Source: a virus | Lineage: Duplodnaviria; Caudoviricetes | DNA: 32,681 nt | Reading direction: 5' to 3' (one strand) | Virus record (IMG/VR): IMGVR_UViG_3300048599_000907 | Location: 1 to 32,681 of that record | Shown: piece by piece, positions 16,324 to 24,143 of the stretch | Numbering within the stretch: the first letter of the stretch is position 1 | How the letters are laid out: every line of letters starts with the position of its first letter | The notes under the pieces: model-generated | Databases searched by the model: none | What the model was told of the DNA's origin: nothing | What the model saw: the letters and a program-made list of their open reading frames with translations, nothing else | Translations under genes and position numbers: made by a program

Positions 16324-16343
16324 CCCTTTGCCCCGTCCGGGGC
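16324..16343 (-). repeat. Repeat B copy 2
   Basis: CCCTTTGCCCCGTCCGGGGC on the + strand. Confidence 0.85.
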
Positions 16344-16345
16344 GA

Positions 16346-16405
16346 TACGGCTGCCGGAGCATTGCACTCCCGTGAACCTTCTGGTTCGCGACTTTCGCAG
16401 CCGTG
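16346..16405 (-). ncRNA. Candidate structured RNA (three-way junction, tRNA-like 3' half) in the early leader
   Basis: ACGGCTGC/GCAGCCGT closing stem, GAACC-agaa-GGTTC, GGAGT-gcaat-GCTCC. Confidence 0.4.
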
Positions 16406-16591
16406 CTTCACCGAATTGGATATTGAACGCCGTGCGGCCGGTGATACCGGGCGTTCAGAAGTAAGAAACTTCACTATCAAAGAACCGTGCCCCCTTCCGG
16501 TTTTGGCCGGAAAAAAGCGATAATGGTATCGGTTGTCAACCGAAACTGCCGATAATCTAGCGAAGGCAGCTTGCAGGGCTGGAAAAGAGCA

Positions 16592-16709
16592 GGGAACATG
16601 TTCCCCGTTTCTTCTTTCTGCCGTTATTTTCCGGGGAACTTGTTCCCCATGAATTAGTATTATCACGCAATGTGATTGTCGTCAACTAAATATTAGATGT
16701 TTACGACAA
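16592..16709. promoter_or_regulatory. Divergent immunity control region: operators and early promoter
   Basis: Palindromes GGGAAC-AT-GTTCCC (16592-16605), GGGGAAC-TT-GTTCCCC (16633-16648) and ATCAC-N5-GTGAT (16662-16676); TTGTCGTCAAC...GTTTACGACAA; - strand TTGACG-17-TAATAC. Confidence 0.65.
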
Positions 16710-16743
16710 AATAATCTAATTTTGTGTATTTTTAAGGGTTTTT

Positions 16744-17427
16744 ATGTCAACAATAGGAATTCGTTTCAAAGAAATACGTGATTCAACCGGTTTGAACCAA
16801 TCACAATTTGCGAAACTTATTAATGTTAACCCCAGTTTAGTAAGTGATATCGAAAGAGGAGATAAAGAACCGTCTAAAAACGTGATTATTACTATGATAA
16901 ATGAATTAAAAATAAACTCTAACTGGCTGTTAACAGGTGATGGTGAGCGGGTCATTAATGGCCCTCCTGCTGTTTGTTCAACGAAAATACCTCTGCTCAA
17001 GCAAACGGCCTCATGCGGGCCGGGGCAGGATTGGGGCGATGCTGACATGATCGAGGACTACATAGAGCCGCTTGCCCTCGTTCCGTCTCTCCAGGGCGCA
17101 AAGGTATACGCCTTTCGGGTACGCGGTAGCTCGATGATCGGTGCTGGTATCTTCGACGGCGACATCGTTCTGTTTGACGGTCGGGAAGGCGTTGATCCGA
17201 CGGACGACCTCTACGTGTTCGCATTGGACGGGGCCGTCTATTGTAAATGGCTCAAGTTCGATCCGATCAGTCACCGCATCCAGATTTATTCCGTGCATTC
17301 GCCGGAGCTGGAGAAGGCCGAGCTGCTCAAGGTCATCGATACCGACAACCCCGACCAGATCACCGCCTTTCACGTTTTCGGCCGGATTCTCGCCTGGGTA
17401 CGCGAAAACCGGATGGTCTACCGATAA
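16744..17427 (+). CDS. cI: CI/LexA-like repressor (XRE HTH + S24 peptidase)
   Basis: LNQSQFAKLINVNPSLVSDIERG HTH; NWLLTG.G; ASCG cleavage-site region; VRGSSM (Ser) and YCKWL (Lys). Confidence 0.9.
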   Translation: MSTIGIRFKEIRDSTGLNQSQFAKLINVNPSLVSDIERGDKEPSKNVIITMINELKINSNWLLTGDGERVINGPPAVCSTKIPLLKQTASCGPGQDWGDADMIEDYIEPLALVPSLQGAKVYAFRVRGSSMIGAGIFDGDIVLFDGREGVDPTDDLYVFALDGAVYCKWLKFDPISHRIQIYSVHSPELEKAELLKVIDTDNPDQITAFHVFGRILAWVRENRMVYR

Positions 17428-17489
17428 AAAAATCTTGTTGAGCAAGAAATTCACGTTTATAGTCAGTAAATAAGGGAGAACGATCAAAT

Positions 17490-17957
17490 ATGCAAAGAAC
17501 GACAAAGATTATTATTCTTGTTGCAATACCAGTGTTTATCGCAATAATGCTTGTTTCGGGATGGCTTGGAGAGCGAAGCGTTACCTCACTCAATACTTAT
17601 GGGCCGTATTCAAAAGTTGATTCATGGTATGAACAGGATGGAAAACATCAAAACTTGGCAGAAATCTACGTTTGTAATGGAACTATGGATATTGAGTCAT
17701 TACAAAAACTGTGTTCAAAAAAGAAAAAAGTGTATGAAAATGGAACGTATTCATCATACACACTTGTAGTATTCGAAAATAAGGAATCCGTAATGCGCTC
17801 AAGTTATCCGATAACAGCGTTGTATGGTGATGAGCTCGAAAAACAAAGGCATATACTTGCGTTTTACTCATACGTTCCCGGTAACGAATATTCAGTACTT
17901 AGCTATTACGAAAAAAATGCTGCCGACAGTATGGAAAATACAATAAGAGTCCAGTAA
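17490..17957 (+). CDS. Membrane-anchored moron protein
   Basis: N-terminal TM; AT-rich; own promoter-like TTGTTG-17-TATAGT (17435-17463), AAGGGAG RBS and terminator. Confidence 0.75.
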   Translation: MQRTTKIIILVAIPVFIAIMLVSGWLGERSVTSLNTYGPYSKVDSWYEQDGKHQNLAEIYVCNGTMDIESLQKLCSKKKKVYENGTYSSYTLVVFENKESVMRSSYPITALYGDELEKQRHILAFYSYVPGNEYSVLSYYEKNAADSMENTIRVQ

Positions 17958-17967
17958 TGATCTTTTT

Positions 17968-17995
17968 GCCCCGGTTCCTTCCGGGGCTTTTTTTT
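17968..17995 (+). terminator. Intrinsic terminator
   Basis: GCCCCGG-ttcctt-CCGGGGC followed by T8. Confidence 0.85.
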
Positions 17996-18191
17996 ATGCT
18001 CTTTTCAGAAAGCAGAATAAAAGCGCCTTCGTCCACCCCGGAAAGAGGTCAAAATACCCCTGCCAGCCGCGAAACCCCGTTAGAAAACCATTAGAGGCAA
18101 AAAATGAGGTAGTTTGACGTAAAATCCCCCGCCCCCCTGTTTTTCGTGATAAACTGGTCACATCAAATAATACCAATTCAGGGGATGGAAT

Positions 18192-19346
18192 ATGGCAAAA
18201 AAAGCTGCAAAAAAACCTAAAGGGAAAAGCCCTGCCGCAAAAACAGGGAAGGAAAAAAGCGCTGTTGTAAAGCGACCTGTGGAATCCAAGAGAATAAAAC
18301 TACAGGCTTTCAAGGATTCTTCTCCGGAACAACAACCTGAAATCAAAGAAATCCGCCTAAAGACTGAAAAAGACTTTATCGCGTTCTATAAGAACATCGA
18401 CAATATTGATTACCAGAAAGCGAACATAGTCGACCTTACTTCGATTTCCGTTTCACTAAAACTTGAAGGGGCCGACTTCGATTCATCCCTGACAGGAAAA
18501 GCAATCGAGGTACTGAACGAATATCAGACGAAAATATATCGGGCCTATAAGCTTCAGAAGTATGGACAAAGTTCAAAGAAACAGTTAACTACTGAAGAAC
18601 AGCATTTATTCGAGATAAAGGTCACGATTCAACCAGGGTGCACGGAAGCCTTGGTCGAATTTGTTAAGGCGGCTGCGGCCGAGGGAATGAAGGGTATGGA
18701 CGGTTCTCAGATCCAGAATACGATACTTGGCGTTGCGGCGATCGCCGCATCGGCCTTCGTGATAAAAGGCGTGGCATCACCGGTAATCCGGGAAATATTC
18801 CAGACGAAGCGTAAGGAGATCGAAAGTAAAGTTGCCATTGAGGAAGCCCGGCTAAAAATCGAAAGCGAAAAAGTCTCTGCTGAACAGAACCTTCAGTTTT
18901 TACGAAGCGTCGAATCCATATCGAATAATGCCATTGATGCGGTTCGAAGTGTTTCTGAAAAGATGGTTGATGTTACAGCGGACAAAATAAAGATCGATAA
19001 TAAGGTCGTAAAAAAAGCTGACATTGCGCTGATACCCGCAAGTCTCGCTCCGGAAGTTATAAAGGAAAAGGTCGATCGTCAATACACAGTCGAGGGTATG
19101 TTTAGGGTTCTGGATTTGAATTATGAAGGCGACGTAACTTTGATGAAGGCGCAACATATAGAAAGCGGAACTGTGTATAACGATATATCATTGCAAAATG
19201 ACTGGCTGACGAAAAAAAACATGCAAGTTATTGAAAATGCCCAAAGTCGCGAGCCCGTTTTCTTCCGCATAATGGTTCATGAATTAAACAAAAAAGTATC
19301 CAGTGCGATCGATGTCGACAGTATCGATCCTGAAAGAAAAGCATAA
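18192..19346 (+). CDS. Moron protein of unknown function (384 aa; Lys/Ala-rich N-terminus, central hydrophobic helix)
   Basis: Long ORF, AT-rich, flanked by terminators. Confidence 0.8.
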   Translation: MAKKAAKKPKGKSPAAKTGKEKSAVVKRPVESKRIKLQAFKDSSPEQQPEIKEIRLKTEKDFIAFYKNIDNIDYQKANIVDLTSISVSLKLEGADFDSSLTGKAIEVLNEYQTKIYRAYKLQKYGQSSKKQLTTEEQHLFEIKVTIQPGCTEALVEFVKAAAAEGMKGMDGSQIQNTILGVAAIAASAFVIKGVASPVIREIFQTKRKEIESKVAIEEARLKIESEKVSAEQNLQFLRSVESISNNAIDAVRSVSEKMVDVTADKIKIDNKVVKKADIALIPASLAPEVIKEKVDRQYTVEGMFRVLDLNYEGDVTLMKAQHIESGTVYNDISLQNDWLTKKNMQVIENAQSREPVFFRIMVHELNKKVSSAIDVDSIDPERKA

Positions 19347-19352
19347 CGCTTC

Positions 19353-19388
19353 AAAGCCCCGGAAAACCTCCGGGGCTTTTTCATTTTT
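19353..19388 (+). terminator. Intrinsic terminator
   Basis: AAAGCCCCGGA-aaacc-TCCGGGGCTTT followed by a T-rich tail. Confidence 0.85.
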
Positions 19389-19401
19389 CACGTCCGCTTG
19401 A

Positions 19402-19449
19402 TTTATCCCGTTTAGAGTAGCCCCGTTCGAATCGGCGTAAGCTGACATC
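19402..19449 (+). promoter_or_regulatory. Late promoter (right arm), leaderless
   Basis: TTTATC-N3-TTTAGAGT-N19-TAAGCT-N6-ATG. Confidence 0.7.
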
Positions 19450-20430
19450 ATGAAAACACGAACGAGGGAAATTGCGAAAGTCGGAATCTTCGGATCTATC
19501 GACAACCCCACCATCGTCACGGAAAAAGACCTCAAGGAGATCGCCGAAACCTTCCTGGAAATCAAGAAGGCTCCGGTGCAGTTCGGCCATTGGGGCGACG
19601 CGGCGAATCCGCGTCTCGCGAACGTCGTGGCGGTCAAGTATGATCCCGTCGCAAAATCGCTCACCGCCGACATCGATGAGGACGACACGCTCAGCGCTGC
19701 CGTCGACCAGGGATATTATCCCGACGTGTCGATTGGAGCGAAGCAGCGCGCGTCCGACGGCAAGATGTATCTCCATCACCTCGCGTATCTCGGCCAGGAA
19801 GCGCCCGCGGTCAAAGACCTTATCGACTCCATCAAGGAGCCGCTCGGGATCGCCGCGTCTGACGTTGCCGACGTCAAATGCCTTCCGACCCCGACCTCGC
19901 GCGCCCTCGTTCTTTCCGAGCCCTTTAATGACAAAAGCATAAAGGGAAATGAAGGAACGCCGCCTGCGGCGAGCTCAGGAATGAGCTCCCTTCCCCCCGC
20001 AGGCGGCAAAACTTCATCTCCAAATCCCAAGGAGGAACCCAAAGTGACGGAACAAGAAGCTGCCGATCTCGAGGCAGAAAACAAGAAGCTCAAGTCCGAC
20101 ATCGAGAAAAAGGACGTGCTTCTTTCCGATTCGGAAAAGCGCCAGAAAGACACCGAGCGGGAAAAGCTTCGTACTTCAATGGACGGCCGCGTTCCGAAGG
20201 CATTGCAGGATCGCGTAATCGCGCTTGCTGATTCCTTCGACAACGCCAAGACGATCGAGCTTTCCGACGGCGACGCGAAACGTACCGTTCGGCCGGCGGA
20301 AGCCCTCGCCGAAATATTCGCCGCGCTCCCCAAGCTCGTCGAGCCCGGCGAGCTCAACCTGAGCGACGGTGACCCCGCCGCGTCCCCCGCAAAGCCCGGC
20401 GCCGCGCGCGCCATGATGGGCCACGTATAA
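19450..20430 (+). CDS. Prohead protease/scaffold (Mu gpI-like)
   Basis: APV..GH, G.Y..VS, YLHHLAYLG..APAVK motifs; coiled-coil C-terminal half. Confidence 0.8.
   Translation: MKTRTREIAKVGIFGSIDNPTIVTEKDLKEIAETFLEIKKAPVQFGHWGDAANPRLANVVAVKYDPVAKSLTADIDEDDTLSAAVDQGYYPDVSIGAKQRASDGKMYLHHLAYLGQEAPAVKDLIDSIKEPLGIAASDVADVKCLPTPTSRALVLSEPFNDKSIKGNEGTPPAASSGMSSLPPAGGKTSSPNPKEEPKVTEQEAADLEAENKKLKSDIEKKDVLLSDSEKRQKDTEREKLRTSMDGRVPKALQDRVIALADSFDNAKTIELSDGDAKRTVRPAEALAEIFAALPKLVEPGELNLSDGDPAASPAKPGAARAMMGHV
20044..20430 (+). CDS. Scaffold protein from an internal in-frame start (Mu gpZ-like)
   Basis: AAGGAGG then in-frame GTG at 20044, at the start of the coiled-coil domain. Confidence 0.65.
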   Translation: MTEQEAADLEAENKKLKSDIEKKDVLLSDSEKRQKDTEREKLRTSMDGRVPKALQDRVIALADSFDNAKTIELSDGDAKRTVRPAEALAEIFAALPKLVEPGELNLSDGDPAASPAKPGAARAMMGHV

Positions 20431-20440
20431 GGAGAAGAAC

Positions 20441-20785
20441 ATGGATGCAGTCATTGGTTCTATTGCTGTTACCGAGGATTCAATCCTCCGGGGCGGCCAT
20501 CATATCGTAACCGCGATCCCGCTCAAAGATGGCCTTACCGGCCTCAAACCGGGAATGCCTCTCAAGGTCGATACCGGCGAGTATGTCCCGTGCGCGGGAA
20601 CCGGCACCGAAGATCCCGTCACGGTGCTTCTCGAAGTCCCCGCGATGCCCACCTCGGCGGCCGTCGAACCGGTAGTCGTACACGGCGAGGTTCGGCGCGA
20701 AAAGCTCGTCTATTCGGACGGAACCACCGCGATTACCGATGCCTATGTGGAGTTGCTCCGCAAGAACGGCATTTACGCCCTGTAA
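20441..20785 (+). CDS. Head decoration protein (lambda gpD-like)
   Basis: 114 aa between scaffold and capsid; HG.V...KL and LR..GIY motifs; AAGGAG RBS. Confidence 0.65.
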   Translation: MDAVIGSIAVTEDSILRGGHHIVTAIPLKDGLTGLKPGMPLKVDTGEYVPCAGTGTEDPVTVLLEVPAMPTSAAVEPVVVHGEVRREKLVYSDGTTAITDAYVELLRKNGIYAL

Positions 20786-20803
20786 AACAGGAGGAGAAAA
20801 ACA

Positions 20804-21793
20804 ATGCAGATTTCTATTTCCGGGCTTCGCCCGTTCTTTACCCAGGACGCGATCGCTGAAGCGGTCACCGCCATGGCGAAACCGCAGACGCCGCTTACCG
20901 ATCTTCTTTTTCCGGTCGCCAAGCGTCAGCAGAAGACGAGTCCCTTTATCCCCGAGGGGGATGTCGAGGACGTAGTCGGATCGGCACCGGTCGTCCGGCG
21001 CGGTTCCGAATCTTATTCCGTCGACGGTAAATCGACGGCAATCAAGCTCATCGAAGTACAGCCGATTTCTCTCAACCGGTTCGCCAAGGCCAAGGAACTG
21101 AATGACCTCATGGCGCTCGGAACCACGAACGGAATCCAGGCGTACGTGAACGAGACGCTTGAGTATCTCCGGGACAAGACGAGCGCCGTGACCGAGATCC
21201 TTGTCCGTCAGTCGCTTTCCGGGAAGATCGAGTACCCGATGGCGACGGCCGGATCAATGTCCGAGAAGTACACGGTCAATTTCGGCACCATCAAAACTCT
21301 GGATGCGGTGACCATCGCTGCCGATGATCTCGCGAAGCTTCAGATCAAGCTGGAAAAGCTTTATCAGGCCCAGCTTGCTACCGGGGCGTCGGGTGATATC
21401 CGCTTTCTCTGCGCGGACGACGTTTACACGAAAATCGTGGCGATCGTGGTCGCGGCGGGGACTATTGCCCCGGTCATCTGGACCGACACCGGCCTTACGC
21501 TCTTCGGAAAGTACAAGATCATGACCATGGGCATGACGTACATTCTGCCCGGTACCACGGCGGCCGTTCCGGTTATCCCGGCGGGATACATCCAGACGGT
21601 CGACATCACGAACGCGGGCAAGCTCTTCTATGCCGCGCTCGACGATCTCGACGCGAACCTCGCGCCGCTTCCGTTCTACGCGAAGCCGATCAAGTCCGAC
21701 GACCCGTCCGGATACAAGTTCGTCTCCGAGTCGAAACCTCTCCCGGCCCCCGCGATCAGCAAAATGCGCCGTCAGCGGTTCTTGCCGGAGTAA
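20804..21793 (+). CDS. Major capsid protein (gpE-like HK97 fold)
   Basis: APVVRRGS, DPSG......SKPLP motifs; 329 aa; AGGAGG RBS. Confidence 0.85.
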   Translation: MQISISGLRPFFTQDAIAEAVTAMAKPQTPLTDLLFPVAKRQQKTSPFIPEGDVEDVVGSAPVVRRGSESYSVDGKSTAIKLIEVQPISLNRFAKAKELNDLMALGTTNGIQAYVNETLEYLRDKTSAVTEILVRQSLSGKIEYPMATAGSMSEKYTVNFGTIKTLDAVTIAADDLAKLQIKLEKLYQAQLATGASGDIRFLCADDVYTKIVAIVVAAGTIAPVIWTDTGLTLFGKYKIMTMGMTYILPGTTAAVPVIPAGYIQTVDITNAGKLFYAALDDLDANLAPLPFYAKPIKSDDPSGYKFVSESKPLPAPAISKMRRQRFLPE

Positions 21794-21811
21794 CAAGCAG
21801 GACGAAATGGA

Positions 21812-22267
21812 ATGAACGATATAGCCGAATCGGGACTTGACGGTATTGCCGTCCACGGGAAACGCCCGGAAATTGAAATCTCCCCGCTGGGAACCGCGAT
21901 CACACCGGATGAAGTTTCCGATCGGCTGTCCGCGAATCTCTACAAGGCCCTGAGCGATGGCAGCGCGGATACGACCGTCGCCGCCATCGCCCGCGCCCAG
22001 ATCTATGTCGGAACGATTCTGCGCCGCCTGGGCGTCGCGTTTAACATCGACAACCAGGTCGTGCGCGAGATCGTTCTCCTCAACGTGGTATACGAGCTAC
22101 ACATCGCGCTCGGCCACGAAGAAGCGGGACGGGAATACCGCCTGAAAGCGAAGGACATCATCCTTGCGGCCTTCGGCGATTACCCGGATACCGACAACAA
22201 GGCCCCGGGAAATCCTCCGGTAGCTTCGGTCGCCGTACCGCCCCGCCGGCGCCCGGCCGGATTCTGA
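21812..22267 (+). CDS. Head-tail connector (Mu gp36-like)
   Basis: Position after capsid; helical AI.RA...V...L and VYELH pattern. Confidence 0.6.
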   Translation: MNDIAESGLDGIAVHGKRPEIEISPLGTAITPDEVSDRLSANLYKALSDGSADTTVAAIARAQIYVGTILRRLGVAFNIDNQVVREIVLLNVVYELHIALGHEEAGREYRLKAKDIILAAFGDYPDTDNKAPGNPPVASVAVPPRRRPAGF

Positions 22268-22839
22268 TGGAAGCCATCGAAGAGCTTGAGCGGAAACTGA
22301 AAAGCCCACGCGCTCGGCACCTTGTCGGGCAAATGGCCGTTGACGCCATCCGTACCCGGCTCGTGAAAGGCGAAGGCTTTGCCCCGCTTTCCGGGGCTAC
22401 GAAGGAATACCGGGGAGGCACCGCGAAACCGCTCCAGGACACGAGCCATTTACGGGAATCGTTCAGTTATCGTTTGGATGGCGAAAGCGATGTCCTGGTC
22501 GGTTCGGACAATCTGGTGGCCGCGGTTCAGAACGACGGAAAGACGATCCGGGCCAAGAAGTCCTGGCTCTTCATTCCGGCCTCGGCCTTTACCCGGCAGC
22601 TTATGCGCCGGTATGGCTACAGCCCGAAGGAAGTTCTCGCAGGGCTCAAGGGTGACGGCTATTCGGTATTTCGCGCCGGCCGCGCGGTCGGGTATCGCGC
22701 GAAACGGAAAGTAAACGGCGAATACAAGGTGACGTGGATCTACTGGCTCAAGAAGGAAGTAATCATTCCGGCGCGCCGGTTCTTCTACCTGGACGATAAC
22801 GATATCCGGAAGATATTCGCGGAACTGGAGTTGCTCTGA
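22267..22839 (+). CDS. Virion morphogenesis protein (Mu gpG/tail completion S family)
   Basis: FAPLS.AT, PLQDT.HLRES, VGS...AA..N.G and V.IPARRF motifs. Confidence 0.8.
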   Translation: MEAIEELERKLKSPRARHLVGQMAVDAIRTRLVKGEGFAPLSGATKEYRGGTAKPLQDTSHLRESFSYRLDGESDVLVGSDNLVAAVQNDGKTIRAKKSWLFIPASAFTRQLMRRYGYSPKEVLAGLKGDGYSVFRAGRAVGYRAKRKVNGEYKVTWIYWLKKEVIIPARRFFYLDDNDIRKIFAELELL

Positions 22840-23276
22840 TGAAAACGATGGATGCCCTGAACGATTTTATCGCCCAGCTTGAGCGAAACGTTTCGCTCGG
22901 CGAGGACAAGACGAAAGTCGTGCTGACGCCGTCAAGCGTCAACGAAAAAGGACTCGTCATCAAGGTCGGGCTCAAGAAGACCTACCTTTCCGCGCAAACA
23001 CAAGCGAGGACGACGCGAATCCTGAAAATCAGGCTTGCGGTTTGCGGGACTATCGAATCGGTGACCGGCCTTTCCCAGGCAGTGAACGCGATCGAGGCGC
23101 TCGATACCTATTTCGAGAAGCTTCGGCACCTTGAGAACTTGACCGGAGATAAACTGGCCGATACCCGCATCATGCAGACCGTCTCGCAGGAGGATTCCTT
23201 TATCGACTCCCCTGATTCGATCGAGGAACAGGAAGCGCTCGACGAGAGAGTCATAACGATAACGATTCCGGCATAG
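22839..23276 (+). CDS. Putative tail terminator/completion protein
   Basis: Size and position before the tail tube; TGATG coupling. Confidence 0.5.
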   Translation: MKTMDALNDFIAQLERNVSLGEDKTKVVLTPSSVNEKGLVIKVGLKKTYLSAQTQARTTRILKIRLAVCGTIESVTGLSQAVNAIEALDTYFEKLRHLENLTGDKLADTRIMQTVSQEDSFIDSPDSIEEQEALDERVITITIPA

Positions 23277-23285
23277 GAGGGAACG

Positions 23286-23429
23286 ATGGCAGAAACGCTG
23301 GTCGAAAAGACCGAATACGAAACCGATGGCCAGGGACGTACGTTCCGAAAGGGAACGCACCCCGAGGACAAAACCACGAAAAAAGGCCGTGCGGCCGAAA
23401 CGAATGAAAGCCAGGAGGATAACAAATGA
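23286..23429 (+). CDS. Small hypothetical protein (47 aa, MAETLVEKTEYETD...)
   Basis: Read by hand; GGAGG RBS; ATGA overlap with the tail tube gene. Confidence 0.6.
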   Translation: MAETLVEKTEYETDGQGRTFRKGTHPEDKTTKKGRAAETNESQEDNK

Positions 23430-24124
23430 GCGACGAAAAAGCGCTTGAGCTGATTGGAGACGACAGCCAGATTTTTACCGGAGCCCTTGCCTCGACCGAG
23501 CTGGTCGGCGACGGCACGAAAACCCTTGATGCCCTGGGCGGTGGAACGCTGGGCGACAAATCCGGGGCGGGCATGTACATCGTGACCGCCAAGGGGGCGA
23601 ACTCTTTCTTCCCGTCGCTCCTGAAGGTCGGGGAACTTTTCCCCGCAGCCGGATCAGAGGTCCTTACGGTCGGTGACAAGGTCAAAAAACTGACCTTGAC
23701 GCAGGTCGCCGACGCGACGGGATGGAAGCTCTCGATATCCCGAAGCAAGATCGAAACGACCCGCCTCGCGCACCGGTTCAAGAAGTATCGCCTCGGTAAG
23801 TACGACGCCACTGGAACCCTCTCGTCGATCTTTACCGTCGGCATCACTGACGCGAACGGCGGTCTCATCTCGAAGACCATGAAGATGTTCAAGAAGGCCG
23901 CCAACGGGACGATCACCATCACCGAGGTCGACGATAGCTCCCTGTACTTCCTCGGCTATGTCCGCAAGTCGGATGTTTCGGGAGAGACCGAAGATTTCGT
24001 GTTCGGGCAAATCTACCTCCACGACATGACCCTCGGCGGTCAATCCGGAAGCGCCCAGTCCTACGACGCGAACATGAGCCTCACGGGAATCGATCCGGTT
24101 TTCTACTCGATCGATATCATCTGA
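23426..24124 (+). CDS. Major tail tube protein
   Basis: Beta-rich, IETT.L.....KY..G...ATGT.S motif; precedes chaperones and tape measure. Confidence 0.7.
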   Translation: MSDEKALELIGDDSQIFTGALASTELVGDGTKTLDALGGGTLGDKSGAGMYIVTAKGANSFFPSLLKVGELFPAAGSEVLTVGDKVKKLTLTQVADATGWKLSISRSKIETTRLAHRFKKYRLGKYDATGTLSSIFTVGITDANGGLISKTMKMFKKAANGTITITEVDDSSLYFLGYVRKSDVSGETEDFVFGQIYLHDMTLGGQSGSAQSYDANMSLTGIDPVFYSIDII

Positions 24125-24143
24125 CGCAAGAAGGAAAACAACA

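Noticed and set aside
15290-16343. CRISPR array
   Set aside because: Only two copies of each repeat, ~530-540 bp apart, enclosing ORFs; no cas genes.
16346-16405. tRNA gene
   Set aside because: Only ~60 nt, no D-arm/anticodon layout and no canonical TTCRA loop; kept only as a structured-RNA candidate.
16592-16648. Host LexA (Cheo) boxes
   Set aside because: The spacer is GAAC-N2-GTTC rather than N4; better explained as phage operators.
19340-19356. GCATAAC-GCTTCAA as an attC R''/L'' at the end of the 384-aa moron
   Set aside because: Spacing is wrong, there is no L'/R' half, and no matching GTTATGC upstream.
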